A stretch of DNA of 64,000 bases. Source: Octopus sinensis. Taxonomy: Eukaryota. The DNA lies in the NCBI RefSeq assembly GCF_006345805.1, contig NC_042998.1, positions 96,472,001 through 96,536,000 of the forward strand, read 5' to 3'. The notes under the pieces are model-generated. The model did not search any database and had not been told where the DNA came from. It saw only the letters and a program-made list of their open reading frames with translations. Below, one piece after another: positions 12,851-24,797 of this stretch. Made by a program: the position numbers and the translations under genes. Numbering within the stretch: position 1 is the first letter of the stretch; every line of letters starts with the position of its first letter.

Positions 12851-13212
12851 AGCATGTATGTATGTCATTATTCAGTTTTATAAGATTTCTTGCCAATAAA
12901 GGGCCGGTTTCCAACCAAGATCCAAGACACCTTTTTGAATTTCAAGAAAATCAATGGCGTATTTGTGCATATATGTATGTATATATGCAATATTTGGAGT
13001 CAGTGCATGTGCCGAGTTGTATGTTTTGTGTTATGTATGTATCTTCATACATATATGTATGCATGTATGTATGTGTGCGTGTGTTTGTGTATGTATGTAC
13101 GTACGTATGATTAGTAGTTTGCGAGAATGTCGAAAAATTTACACAATGAACAAAGAAAAATAGAACTCAATACCTAGGTTGAGTAAACGTTTAATATGTT
13201 GTTTATCATTCG

Positions 13213-13390
13213 GCTTAGCATTTCGCGAACTCAAGTTTCATGTCTGAGTTTCCTTGGGGAATCCTGAACGAAGATATTAGTTGAAAATGCACCATCAGAG
13301 TTCTGGCACTAAATTTTCGTTTGATGATTGCCATAAGGATTCCCAAAGGATAACTTAGGATATGAGACTTGAAATTTCGAAATGCTATAC
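13213..13390. repeat. Short imperfect inverted repeat (~55-bp arms, ~65-bp spacer), MITE-like
   Basis: TAGCATTTCGCGAACTCAAGTTTCATGTC...GGGGAATCCT versus AGGATTCCCAAAGG...GAGACTTGAAATTTCGAAATGCTA. Confidence 0.55.
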
Positions 13391-13511
13391 TGAACTACAA
13401 CCAACATATTATGCACACATACATACATACATACATGCATACATACATACATACATACATACATACATACATACATACATACATACATACATACATACAT
13501 ACATACATACA

Positions 13512-13543
<32 letters not shown>

Positions 13544-14439
13544 AGTATGTAAGTTAAAGTGTATCTGCAAATCATACTGAATACGCATATTTAGTCTCGC
13601 TGTGAAAATATAATTTGCAATGAAATTAAATTACAGATTTTACTGAAGATTGGTTCATATGTATGTGAATGTATGTTTGCACGTATATATATTCATGAGT
13701 GTATGTATGTGTCTGTATCTGTCTGTCTGTCTGTCTGTCTGTGTGGCTGATATGACAATCAAGCGAGAGGTTAGGGCCTTCCGTTTTGATAAAATGACCT
13801 GTTGGTCATTAGCGTTGGTTTTCACACAATATTCAATATATACTCTAATTAGAGCTTTTGCTTTTGAAAGTCTGGGAAGGAATTAAAAGGCAAGACAAAT
13901 TAAAATTCTCTGTTCACATGTTTTAAACATGTAATCCGAGGTCCTATTTCATTTCAATATATACATATACTTGTGCTGTTTTAAATTGATAAATGCGAAT
14001 GATTAAATTTTAATGCATACACATACTTGGAATAATAATTCAAATAAATGATCTCAAAACAAATTACTATGACACAAAGTGATTGCGTTCATCGCTAGAA
14101 ATTCGATATGTTTTAAAGCTTGTATATTGAATTCATATGTGCTACAGGTCTCGTAGTTTTAGAGTTATTTAGATCTGAGCTTGTGATATTTTATGTAAAT
14201 CAATACTACGGAACAGTCGGGCGTATTTCTAAAAATGCTTGCAGCTTCCGTGTTCTTCTTTAATGTACGGCCTTTATATAAAGAAATTACGGTTTGTTAT
14301 TCAGAGAGATTTGAGAAATACACAGTCGCGCCCGCAGACACATACGCACGCCCAGACACAAGCATGTCATGCACGCATATATGTATATACTTTTATATGT
14401 GCGTATTTGTGCATACACACACACACACACGAGTGAGCA

Positions 14440-14620
14440 CATAAACGCAAAACAAGGTGGAAAAAAATAGTACTCGAACACCGGAGATAGAGTAATATGC
14501 ATTTTATATTATTAAAGCTACAGAAAAACTGCTACTCAGGGTTTCACGTTCCCGTTCGTCGAGTAGTTGTAATCATGAATGGAATAAAATTGTTTTTGCT
14601 GTCTTATTAATAAAAAAGAG
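14440..14620 (-). mobile_element. Short non-coding PLE-derived unit carrying a degenerate hammerhead (14527-14568)
   Basis: Minus: AACTAC-TCGACGA-ACG-GGAA-CGT-GAAAC-CCTGA-GTA-GCAGTT. The flank (TATTACTCTA...TTCGAGTACTATTTTTTT) aligns with 56810-56935. Confidence 0.65.
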
Positions 14621-14631
14621 TATATATACAC

Positions 14632-14722
<91 letters not shown>

Positions 14723-14899
14723 CGTATGTATGTACATACATACATACATACATAACATACATACATACATATAATAGACGCCTTTAATGTTCAAAATTTC
14801 TGATCTAAGCGTCTTATATGTTTTCAGTGGTGTAGAATTTACAATGAAATTATGCTTTTTCATTCCAGGTGCCATTATATTAAACATTTGCGAAGAGTA

Positions 14900-15272
14900 A
14901 CCATGCCATGCACAAAAACTTCAGCAGAACTGTCAGATTCTCAAAGAGGTCGTATTGTTGGGCAATCTGGTCTTAGCTGGTCTTAGCTAGCAAAAAATTG
15001 CCGAAAATCTTAAAATTCCTGTTGCTACTGTTAATAGAATTCAAAAGCCAAGGAAAAGAATCAACAGATTCTCGTCTCGGCCGACCTGGGCCATCGGAAA
15101 GGAAGCTTCGCTGTCTGAAGAGAATTGTGGAAAACGAGCCCCGTTCAAAGGCTTCTGACATTGCAAAACAGCTAGAAGTTAGTCCAAGAACGTGTGTTAC
15201 ATATCTGCGTAAGCTTGGGTATTATGGATGAGCAGCTAAAAGAAAACCTCTCCTTCAACCAATTAATATCAA
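14900..15272 (+). pseudogene. Tc1-family transposase N-terminal fragment (frameshifted)
   Basis: MPCTKTSAELSDSQRGRIVG...KIAENLKIPVATVNRI...SRLGRPG...KASDIAKQLEVSPRT...LRKLGYYG*AAKRKPLL: paired HTH domains and GRP motif. Confidence 0.8.
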
Positions 15273-15409
15273 ATAAAATATCATGCATATAAGCATGCAT
15301 ACATGCGCACATATATACACATACATACATATATACATACGTACATACGTACGTAGATACGTACATACATACATACATACATACATACATACATACATAC
15401 ATACATACA

Positions 15410-15440
<31 letters not shown>

Positions 15441-15576
15441 GTACGCCGAGTAAAAGTGGGTGTGTAAAAAAGATGATCTGTACAGCTGTTTGTGTTTACA
15501 CTGCAACAGTTCATCAAAATGTCTGTAATAGCTTAGAGTCACCTGGGAACATTATCTGCAATAACTCGACGTTCTC

Positions 15577-15638
<62 letters not shown>

Positions 15639-15871
15639 ATGAGTTGCTAAGGTAATTTCATCTCTCATTCATTTAATGCCAGGAGACTGGAACTAAGTAT
15701 TAACCCTTTTGCCAAGTATTCGGTGCAAGCCTCATGTCAGGACTAAAAGCTGACTACTTTCATTCTCCTTTCCTTCTAGGTGTGTTGGAAGCATTGCAAA
15801 GGGTTCGTTATCCTACTCTTCTACCACCAATTATTCCATTTTATCATTTTATATATATATATATATTATAT

Positions 15872-15915
<44 letters not shown>

Positions 15916-15932
15916 ATAATATATATATATAT

Positions 15933-16014
<82 letters not shown>

Positions 16015-16017
16015 ATA

Positions 16018-16052
<35 letters not shown>

Positions 16053-16058
16053 GTATGT

Positions 16059-16126
<68 letters not shown>

Positions 16127-16128
<2 letters not shown>

Positions 16129-16433
16129 AGGCGCAATGGCCCAGTGGTTAGGGCACTGGACTCGCGGTCGTAGGATCGCGGCTTCGATTCCCAGACCGGG
16201 CGTTGTGAGTGTTTATTGAGCGAAAACATATAAAGCTCCACGAGGCTCCGACAGGGGTTGGTGGCGATCCCTGCTGTACTCTTTCGCCACAACTTTCTCT
16301 CACTCTTTCATCTGTGGGCCTGCTCGCTTAGCCAGCGGGGTGGCGTCATTTGAAGGCTAAAACAATGCGAAGCGCATTGTGACCAGCGATGTGAGGCAAC
16401 ATCTTATAGCCTGGTTGGTCACGTGATCATGTG
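16127..16433 (+). mobile_element. tRNA-derived SINE family 3
   Basis: GGAGGCGCAATGGCCCAGTGGTTAGGG (A box)...GCTTCGATTCCC (B box); a second copy lies at 49640-49834 on the minus strand. Confidence 0.85.
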
Positions 16434-16799
16434 ATATATATATATATATATATGGGTATGTATACGTGTGTGCGTTTGTGCGGGTATAGGCTTGTATATA
16501 TATATATATGTATACATATAGGTGTGTGTGGGTGTGCATGCATGTGTTTCACGCAAGTGTGAGTGAGCATATGCATATTAGACGTGTATATGAATATAAT
16601 TGTGCGCGTATGAGCATGTGTGTGTGTGCGTGCGCGCGGATATATACATGTGTACATGTGTATGGTTGCATATATATGTGCACATATAGGCGTATGTGTG
16701 GATGTACATGTATGTGGTTCACACGAGTGTGAGTGAGCATATAGGCACATGTACGTGGGTGTGTGAGCGCGCATGTGTATGTATGTACATGCGCACATA

Positions 16800-17110
16800 C
16801 GCGAATTCTATGAGCGTTTTTACTTTCTCCCATTCGGGTTTTTTCCTTTTATTTAACGGTCATTCTAGTACACATTCTAGTAGCTCTTTTGTTTGTCTTA
16901 ATAACGGTCATTTACACAGTAAATTCCCTTTGTTTAACGGTCATTTTCAAAGCATTTTTATTTGTCTTAATAACTGACGAGATGTCGGAACAGATTTCCG
17001 CCCCGACATCCGAAACTCGGAGTTTTATTATGGCAACCTAATAATTGCCACGTATTATATTACAGATAAATTACCGTTTACATAATATCCAGGTCTCATT
17101 CATTCTTTTG
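16800..17110 (+). mobile_element. PLE pseudo-LTR-like non-coding unit between microsatellites
   Basis: Repeated TAACGGTCATT and TTTGTCTTAATAAC blocks upstream of an intact hammerhead; no ORF. Confidence 0.6.
16968..17030 (+). ncRNA. Type I minimal hammerhead ribozyme, apparently intact
   Basis: Stem I TAATAA(16968-73)/TTATTA(17025-30); core CTGACGA (16974-80); stem II GATGTCGG/CCGACATC with one bulged C; GAAA (17012-15); stem III ACT/AGT with CGG loop; GUU triplet, cleavage predicted after 17024. Confidence 0.8.
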
Positions 17111-17127
17111 CTGTCATGCCATTACTA

Positions 17128-17197
<70 letters not shown>

Positions 17198-17329
17198 TGA
17201 TATATATATATACACACATATTTGTATATGTATATATATACATACATATATACACACTCGTGCGCGCACACACACAGACACGTACACGCACGCACACATA
17301 TATGTGTGTGTGTGTATGTATTTGTGTAT

Positions 17330-17530
17330 CTTTTTGTCCCCTACCACCATCACTTGACAACCGATTTTGGTGTGTTAAACGTCCCCGTAACTTAGCGGTT
17401 CGCCAAAAGTGACCGATAGAATAAGTACTAGGATTCCAAAGAATAAGTCGTGGATTCGATTTGATTGACTAAAAGCCGATCAACCACAACCCATCATGGC
17501 CGCAGTCAGTTGACTGAAACAAATAACAAA
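17330..17530 (+). mobile_element. SINE family 1 tail
   Basis: TTTGTCCC...CACTTGACAACCG...GATAGAATAAGTACTAGG...CATGGCCGCAGTCAGTTGACTGAAAC. Confidence 0.85.
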
Positions 17531-17585
17531 ATAAGAGAATATATATATATATATATATATAATATATATACAATAACGACTATTA

Positions 17586-19167
17586 TAAAAGGGTTAGTAA
17601 GAACAAGTGTATTAAAATATTTATTATAGAAGAGTAACAAAACTTTGTGACTAGATATTGTATAAATTTTAAAAGATATCTAATATCTATCTTTCGTGAA
17701 AATTTCAAGTGAATGGAATAAATATGAGGAAATTAACAAATAATTCTCCTAACTGCAACAGCCAAAATTTAAGGGCCACTTAGAAAAACAATGAAAAATG
17801 AACAAGGGCAAAAAAGAAACCCTTACATTAAATATTTTGTGAACATCCCTTTACTATCAATGACCTCTTGACATCTGTTCCCACAGGACTGAATTAATTT
17901 CTTGCAAAATGACGGAGTAATATCGTTCCACTCATTTTTCAATAATTCCCAGAGTTCAACTTGGTTATTTGGATTTCTCCTTCGCACTCCATCTACAGTA
18001 ATCTTCCAAACATTTTCTATAGGATTGAGATCGGGATTTTGAGGTGGCCAGTCCATGAGATCAATCTCTTCATCACTCAAAAAATCTTTGACTCTCTTGG
18101 CAGTATGACAGGCGGCGTTGTCCTGCTCGAAGATAGGAGGTTGAACTGACGAGGTTCGTAGATGTGGAATGGCATGCTGTCTAAGAATCTGCTTGTAGAT
18201 TTCAGCAATGACAGTCCCTTGTAGACGAATAAGCGGACCAGGACCACCAGCAGAGATCACTCCCCATACCATTATACTGCCTCCTCTATATTTCACTGTC
18301 TTCTTTACACATGCACGAGATAACCTTTCGCCACTTTCGCCACACATGCACAAGAAAACATTTCGCCATCGGAGCCAATCACATTAAACTTCGATTCATC
18401 GCTAAAATGAACCTGCAACCACTGTTCTATCCAAACGATATGTTCGTGAGGGAAATGAAGATGGACTCTGATTCTTCTTGGAGATTAGAGGTTTCTTTGC
18501 CGGTGCCCGAGCAAGCAACCCAGAATTTCGTAAACTCCGAGAAACTGTTTTGAGTGATATGTTAACATCGGAAGTGGAGCTAAACTCGCGGGATATCTCA
18601 GCAGCACTCTTAAACCTATCCTTCAGTGACACTCTAACCATAATACAATCCTGTCTTGCTGAAGTTTTACGAGGTCTACCGGTTTTGGGTTCAGCATCTG
18701 TCGATCCAGATGACTTAAAACTAGCTACAATTCGTTGCACAATACTTCTAGACCTTCCTGCAGTAGATGCTATCACAAAATTTGATTGCCCTTTTGGTGA
18801 AGGCACGCAATTCTTTGTTTTTTTATCACAGGTCACCGGTCGTCTTTCACAAGCCACCATGTTGACAGTCGAATGTTCCTATAATATAAGATCATAAGAA
18901 GTAACTGTTAGTCCATTAACAGTCTTCTAAACAACAAATACTTCGGTTGGTAGTTCATTTTTTCTAAGTGACCCTTAACTTTTAGTCGCTGCAATTTGGA
19001 AGATTGTTTATTTCCTCATAACTTACGAAATATTCAGTCCATTCATTTGAAATTTTCACGAAAGATAGATATTAAATGTATCTAAATATCTGTAAAATAT
19101 ATAGCCTCAAAGTTTTGTTAATCATCTATAATAACTAATTCAATACACTTGTTCTTACTGCCCCTTA
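17586..19167 (-). mobile_element. Full-length Tc1-family (DD34E) transposon, ~1.58 kb, long TIRs, frameshifted transposase
   Basis: ORF pieces 18402-18860 (GRPRKT HTH region) and 17823-18353; FSDESKF and QD-34aa-E (WPPQNPDLNPIENVW). Diverged ~220-bp TIRs (17586-17805 and ~18955-19167) flanked by TA. Confidence 0.92.
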
Positions 19168-19260
19168 TATTATGCCCACTACTCTACACACACACACGCA
19201 CACACACAAACACACACACACATACACACACACGCGCGCACGCACGCACGCACACACACA

Positions 19261-19306
<46 letters not shown>

Positions 19307-19335
19307 GATAATATATATATATATATATATATATA

Positions 19336-19791
19336 CTAGCAGCATAGCCCAGCATTGCCCGGGTATGTAAGAGCCCCTAGTAGGCAACGACTAATCCCAA
19401 TCTAGTCCTTTCCTCTAGGGAACGAAGGCGCATGTGTAGGTTGCAATGTCTTCTCTTCACTCGAATACTTCTGTGTATACGATGTTCCTAGCTGTCCCTT
19501 TGGGCGATAAAAAGGTCGAGTTGTGTCCCCTAGACAGAAAATGTGTTGCATATATAAATGTGTTGCATATAAAAAGCTTAGATTCTCGACCCCATGTCGA
19601 ATTTATCGATTTTTTTCAGAACTGGGGGAACTTTTCAAAATTTTCGCTGCGTTAGTATTGAATTATGACATTGGGCTATGTGCGTGTCAAGTTTCATCAG
19701 AATCGGTTGAAAGCCGTGGTCAGGGTGAGGGTACAACCTGACAGACACACAGACACACAGACAGACAAACTGCCGTTTATATAGAGAGAGA
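19336..19791 (-). mobile_element. Non-autonomous Helitron, 456 bp
   Basis: Minus strand: A|TCTCTCTCTATATAAAC 5' end, (CTGT/GTGT) repeat, 3' hairpin ACCCGGGCAATGCTGGG plus CTAG|T; A|T target and no TSD. Confidence 0.9.
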
Positions 19792-19989
19792 TTTATTTTG
19801 CACCTTCTCTGATAGGTTCATTCATACTATTAGTAATTATTAATTATTGTTATAATATTTTTCAGGTGTATGATGAGAGTTAATTAAAAGTGGGTGGGTT
19901 TAAATTTGTTATCTTAAAATTTGGAAAACCTTATATTTGAGAAAACATCTTCCAGCAGATGAAAATGTGGGGAGCCTTACAACATATAT

Positions 19990-20640
19990 ATATAGCCTGT
20001 AAACCACCAAGTATGCCACTATCTAACAATCGAGCTTTGAAATACTTCCTAAATTTAACTAATGATGAGCTTAAACATGAAAATCAGATCTTCGCAATTG
20101 GAGTTGTGTTAAATAAAATTCAAGAACTTTGGGATGTAGCAAGTATTCTATCTTAAGATGTAAGACATGCTGGCCAAGAAGAAAATAAAGACCCTAATTG
20201 AAGAGAGAGTTAGACTAATTTATTACAAGAAAAGGTCTACTTTCAATGACTATCTGACAAATTTTAAAGAAAAACTTATCTGATAAGGTTGCATATTTTA
20301 CAAGCAATCAGATAAAAATGAACACAAATGCAATCAGATAAAAATGAACACAACAAAGAATGAGCTGTAGAAATCTTGTGATCTGAAATTAAGCTGATTT
20401 GATAAGAATTATATTAAACAAATATCAGAAAATGCAAGAAAGATAAAAAAGGTATTGAAATGTATGAGAAAAGAGATGCCTTGACAATTCAACTTTAACA
20501 AGAATTTGTATTATTGAAACAGGAATTTGAAGTTGTGCATGTGAGACTCCAATATTGCATCATTCTATAAATATAGTTGACCTGATATTTGACATGTATC
20601 AGTTTCTGATGATTTGTCACCAGATGAAAATAAAGCAATT
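19990..20640 (+). pseudogene. Possible decayed DNA-transposon (hATm-like) coding remnant
   Basis: MPLSNNRALKYFLNL...IGVVLNKIQELWDVASIL resembles the LPT..VL.YF...KI..LW..ASIP region recalled from hATm-type proteins; many stops. Confidence 0.3.
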
Positions 20641-20787
20641 CAAATTCTAAATTTTTTTCAGACTTTGGCACACCCTTTTGCTACGTGCATACACACACAT
20701 AAATATGTAACCAAGCGTGTGTATGTGTGTGTACATATGTATGAACATATATGTGTGGGTGGTGTGTGTGTGTTGTGTGTGTGTGTG

Positions 20788-20817
<30 letters not shown>

Positions 20818-20821
<4 letters not shown>

Positions 20822-21131
20822 GCTTAGTGGTTAGGGCATTCAGTTCATGATTGTAAGGTCGTGAGTTCGATTCTCGGTGACGCGTTGTGTCCTTGAGCAA
20901 GACACTTTATTTCATGTTGCTCCAGTCCACTCAGCTGGCAAAAATGAGTAGTACCTGTATTTCAAAGGGCCAACCTTGACACACTCTGTGTCATGCTGAA
21001 TCTCCCTGAGACCTACGTTAGGGGTACATGTGTCTGTGGATTGCTCAGTCACTTGCACGTTAATTTCACGAGCAGGCTGTTCCGTTGATCATATCAGCTA
21101 GGACCCTTGTCATTGCAACCGACGGAGTGCT

Positions 21132-21133
<2 letters not shown>
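20818..21133 (+). mobile_element. tRNA-derived SINE family 4
   Basis: GTGGCTTAGTGGTTAG A box, GAGTTCGATTC B box, GTGTCCTTGAGCAAGACACTTT, CTCAGCTGGCAAAAATGAGT core; related copies at 34990-35421 (-) and 48970-49280 (+). Confidence 0.85.
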
Positions 21134-21173
<40 letters not shown>

Positions 21174-21221
21174 GGAAAATGTGTTGTTGAAAATGCACTT
21201 AAATTCAAAAGCTCATAAATG

Positions 21222-21480
21222 TTTAAAATACAAAGATCTGGAAGTAGAGGTACCACGAATGTGGAGCCTAAAAACAGAAACAATTCCTATAATAATAGGT
21301 GCATTAGGTATGATAAAAAAAAACATTCAGACAAGTACTTAACAAAGACACCAAGACTTACAAGTATATATAACATTCAGAAAATAGCACTACTAGGCAC
21401 TGCACACATCCTACATAAAACACTTTCAATACAGTGAAAATAAGAGCACCACAACACATACCCAGGGCACAGAGCTGTAC
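21222..21480 (+). mobile_element. R4/Dong-type RLE LINE 3' end
   Basis: KYKDLEVEVPRMWSLKTETIPIIIGALGMIKK/HSDKYLTKTPRLTSIYNIQKIALLGTAHILHKTLSIQ* with one frameshift in an A run. Confidence 0.8.
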
Positions 21481-21975
21481 TCAGTAATTCAGTGAAAGCA
21501 TGTGATAGAAATAAAGTAGTAACATGAAAAAATTGTTTTCATTCATGTATTGGCTATTTGCAATCAGTGGATGACAACAAAACCATAAAGCTGGTGCATC
21601 ACTCTGATTGCCAATTGTGGAAACACAAAACCTCACAGCCAGAAAAACAAGTTTTATTCTGTGCTGGAGAATTCTTTTGACAAACGATGAACAATAGTAC
21701 AGCTGATCTGAAAGATAATAAAATTGATACACTGTACTCCGATAACATAGTTTATATATGATAAATTAATGGTTTCATATTTTTTCTTAAATACTGTCAC
21801 TATATTGTATTTACATGTACAGAATTATGCATTTTCCTCTACAATCCCACTTTAAAATATCTTTCAAAAGGTGTATGATGAAACATTTTAGATTTATATT
21901 TTTATACGAAATATACTTGTAAAATAGGAGTGAGTCTTACTTGAAAGTGTGTCTTACACACCAGAAGATATGATA

Positions 21976-22466
21976 TCAGGTCATCCCATAAGTTCTGTCC
22001 AATTTTACCTTTCTTAAAATTGAATGAAATTTCATAGTATTTTAGAATGTCTAACAGTAAAAATTATTTTTATGCATTTGTGTACATTTAAACTAATTAA
22101 ATATTATTTTACAGAATAATAGAATTAAAATTCTTTGATTAAAACCCTTTGTAACATGGAAGTATCCAAACAGAATTTGAGGCACATAATGCTTTATGAG
22201 TACAAAAAAGGAAACTCTGCAGCCGAAGCGACTCGAAACATACACTCAGATTAGGGGAAAGAATGCTTGAATGAATAAAAACTTGCAGAAGATGGTTTGC
22301 AAAATTCATAAGTGAAGATTTCAACCTTGAAGATGAAAATCATCCAGTTGAGTTTGATGATAAGCTCTTGAGGCATTACTTGAAGAAAACCCTGCATTAA
22401 CAGTTGAAGAATTGGCAATAAAGCTTAGTTCAAACCATACAAACTGTCTATCGACATCTTCAACTG
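21976..22466 (+). mobile_element. Mariner element 5' half (TIR plus transposase N-terminus)
   Basis: TA|TCAGGTCATCCCATAAGTTCTGTCC TIR; MEVSKQNLRHIMLYEYKKGNSAAEATRNI...TCRRWFAKF...LEDE...ELAIKL; truncated by a SINE tail. Confidence 0.85.
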
Positions 22467-22469
22467 TGC

Positions 22470-22640
22470 TAGTGTGTTTATGTCCCTGTAACTTAGTGGT
22501 TCAGCTAAAGAGACTGATAGAATAAGTACTAGGCTTACAAAAAATAAGTTCTGGGGTTGATTTCTGTGACTAAGAACCTTTAAGGTGGTGCTCCAGCATG
22601 GCTGCAGTCAGATGACTGAAACAAGTGAAAAAGTAAAAGT
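22470..22640 (+). mobile_element. SINE family 1 tail
   Basis: GTGTTTATGTCCCTGTAACTTAG...GGTGGTGCTCCAGCATGGCTGCAGTCAGATGACTGAAAC. Confidence 0.85.
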
Positions 22641-23091
22641 GTGTATGCATGTATCTATATATATGTATGTATACATATATACAAATCATCTGTGCAGGTA
22701 GGCTGTTCTGTAAAAATTGCGGAATCTTCATCTGTTTACGTAAAATTCATGGTGTGTGTGTGTTTGTTTTTTGAGTTTTGAGATCTGAATTGCTTCCCTT
22801 TTCATCTGGTGATTAATCACCAGAAACCTATCCATGTCAAATATTCAGTTGATATTTGACATGCAAAGTATTGATCCCCTTAGGTGCCTTAGTTTATCAG
22901 TTTTTTTTTCTTTCAACATCTCACTGATATTCTTTTATTTATGGCTGATTTTCATTCTGTTTGTTGCATTGGGTCCAGAAAGAAAAGGCAATTTCAGTGA
23001 TATGTAACAATGTGCACAATAGAATAGTCATAAGCTTTAATTTAAGAACATCATCATACCACAGTCTCATAGATATGAATTTTATTTTAGA

Positions 23092-23528
23092 CTAGCAGCA
23101 TAGCCCAGCGTTGCCGGGTATGTAAGAGCCCCTAGTAGGCAACGACTAATCCCAATCTAGTCCTTTCCCTCTAGGGAACGAAGGCGCATGTGTAGGTTGC
23201 AATGTCTTCTCTTCACTCGAATACTTCTGTGTATACGATGTTCCTAGCTGTCCCTTTGGGCGATAAAAAGGTCGAGTTGTGTCCCCTAGACAGAAAATGT
23301 GTTGCATATAAAAAGCTTAGATTCTCGACCCCATGTCTATTTATCGAATTTTTCAGAACTGGGGGAACTTTTCAAAATTTTCGCTGCGTTAGTATTGAAT
23401 TATGACATTGGGCTATGTGTGTGTCAAGTTTCATCAGAATCGGTTGAAAGCCGTGGTCAGGGTGAGGGTACAACCTGACAGACACACAGACACACAGACA
23501 GACAAACTGCCGTTTATATAGAGAGAGA
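23092..23528 (-). mobile_element. Non-autonomous Helitron, near-identical to 19336-19791
   Basis: Same termini and body; differs mainly by lacking a short AATGTGTTGCATAT duplication and by a few substitutions. Confidence 0.9.
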
Positions 23529-23810
23529 TATACTAGCAGTATCGCCCGGCGTTGCTCGGGTTTGTAAGGGAAATAACTATATAAGCATTTTTAGAGAGTT
23601 ATAGCCAAAAAATAGCAAAAAAATGCATTAAAAATTGAAAAAAAATTAAGGTAAATTTTTCTTTAAATCGTTGACACATCGTAGATATTTTTAGAGAGTT
23701 ACTTCCCTAATAAAAGCGAAAAAAATGCATTAAAATGGAAAAATATGATCGTAATTTTTTTTAATCGTAGACTCATCGTAGACGCGCGCTAATACCCTGA
23801 AGGGCTCGTT

Positions 23811-24177
23811 TGTTATTCTGGGTAACTTTCTGTAAAATTATTAAAATTTTGTTCAAACATCGCTATAGAAAATGGGTTATTAGCTAATATTCAATTGGGT
23901 ATACAACAAAATTACGATAGAATTGTTATTCTGGGTAACATTCTGTAAAATATATTAAAATTTTGTTCAAACATCGCTATAGAAAATGGGTTATTAGCTA
24001 ATATTCAATTGGGTATACAACAAAATTTTACGATAGAATTTGTTATTCTGGGTAACTTTCTGTAAAATTATTAAAATTTTGTTCAAACATCGCTATAGAA
24101 AATGGTTATTAGCTAATATTCAATTGGGTATACAACAAAATTTTACGATAGAATTTGTTATTCTGGGTAACTTTCTG
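23811..24177. repeat. Tandem repeat, ~113-117-bp unit, about 3.2 copies
   Basis: Unit starts TGTTATTCTGGGTAAC at 23811, 23924, 24041 and 24156. Confidence 0.95.
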
Positions 24178-24480
24178 ATACCCATAATAATATTTATGGT
24201 AAAATAGGCCTTAATTTCATTTAAGGTTGTGGGAAATAACAAACTATCGTTTCTTTCGTTTTGTTTACGTTTAGCGTAACAGTTCGTTTCTGCCGTAATG
24301 ATTTCAAATGGGCTCATTCGAAAAAGTAAATAGAAATAGTGTAAGGCTTTACTCTTCTGGGAAAGTCTGTGGCTTGGTGCAGTTTCTTCAGAAAAATCAC
24401 CGAAAGAAACAGTTTTTAAATTTTCACTCCATTCAGGTGCTAATTCGTGTTCTTAATCGCTGTCGGATTGACTGTTTTCA
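24120..24480 (-). pseudogene. piggyBac (PGBD/DDE_Tnp_1_7-type) transposase N-terminal fragment
   Basis: EWSENLKTVSFGDFSEETAPSHRL...HYFYLLF...FEIITAETNCYAKR...PTTLNEIKAYFTINIIMGIRKLPRIT matches the piggyBac ETNRYA...TT..EIKAF.G..I.MGI.KLP motif. Confidence 0.8.
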
Positions 24481-24797
24481 CTTTAATAGCTGCCAACTTG
24501 CAAAGACAAAGGAGGAGAAAGGTGATAGCGTCAGTGAAACAATTCGCTCCCTTTGTGTGTGTGTGCGTTTGCGTGTGGTGTAAACCAGACTAAGAAAAGC
24601 GTTTGACACACACACAGAATGTGAGTTTTCTGTAAATTTTGCTTAATTGGAGTTTAAATTTTAAAACTGGACCTGGCATGACGCGATGCATTGTACTCTT
24701 AAAATTGCTAGGTAAATTGTAATTGAAGAAATCCTATATTGTAGATTTCTATAACTCCCAAAGGGAGGCAGATAAAATCTGCCTTTTATAATAAGAG

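Noticed and set aside
15690-15830. Strong acceptor at 15779 (GVLEALQR...) or a hammerhead on minus (CTGACATGA...GAATAC)
   Set aside because: Both readings are weak: no good donor, and the ribozyme core has two insertions and no triplet.
19691-19700. CTGATGAAAC on minus in both twin Helitrons as a hammerhead
   Set aside because: No stem II between CUGAUGA and GAAA; it is part of the Helitron body motif.
23811-24177. Regularly spaced repeat resembling a CRISPR array
   Set aside because: The whole ~115-bp unit repeats with no unique spacers, there are no cas genes, and the context is eukaryotic.
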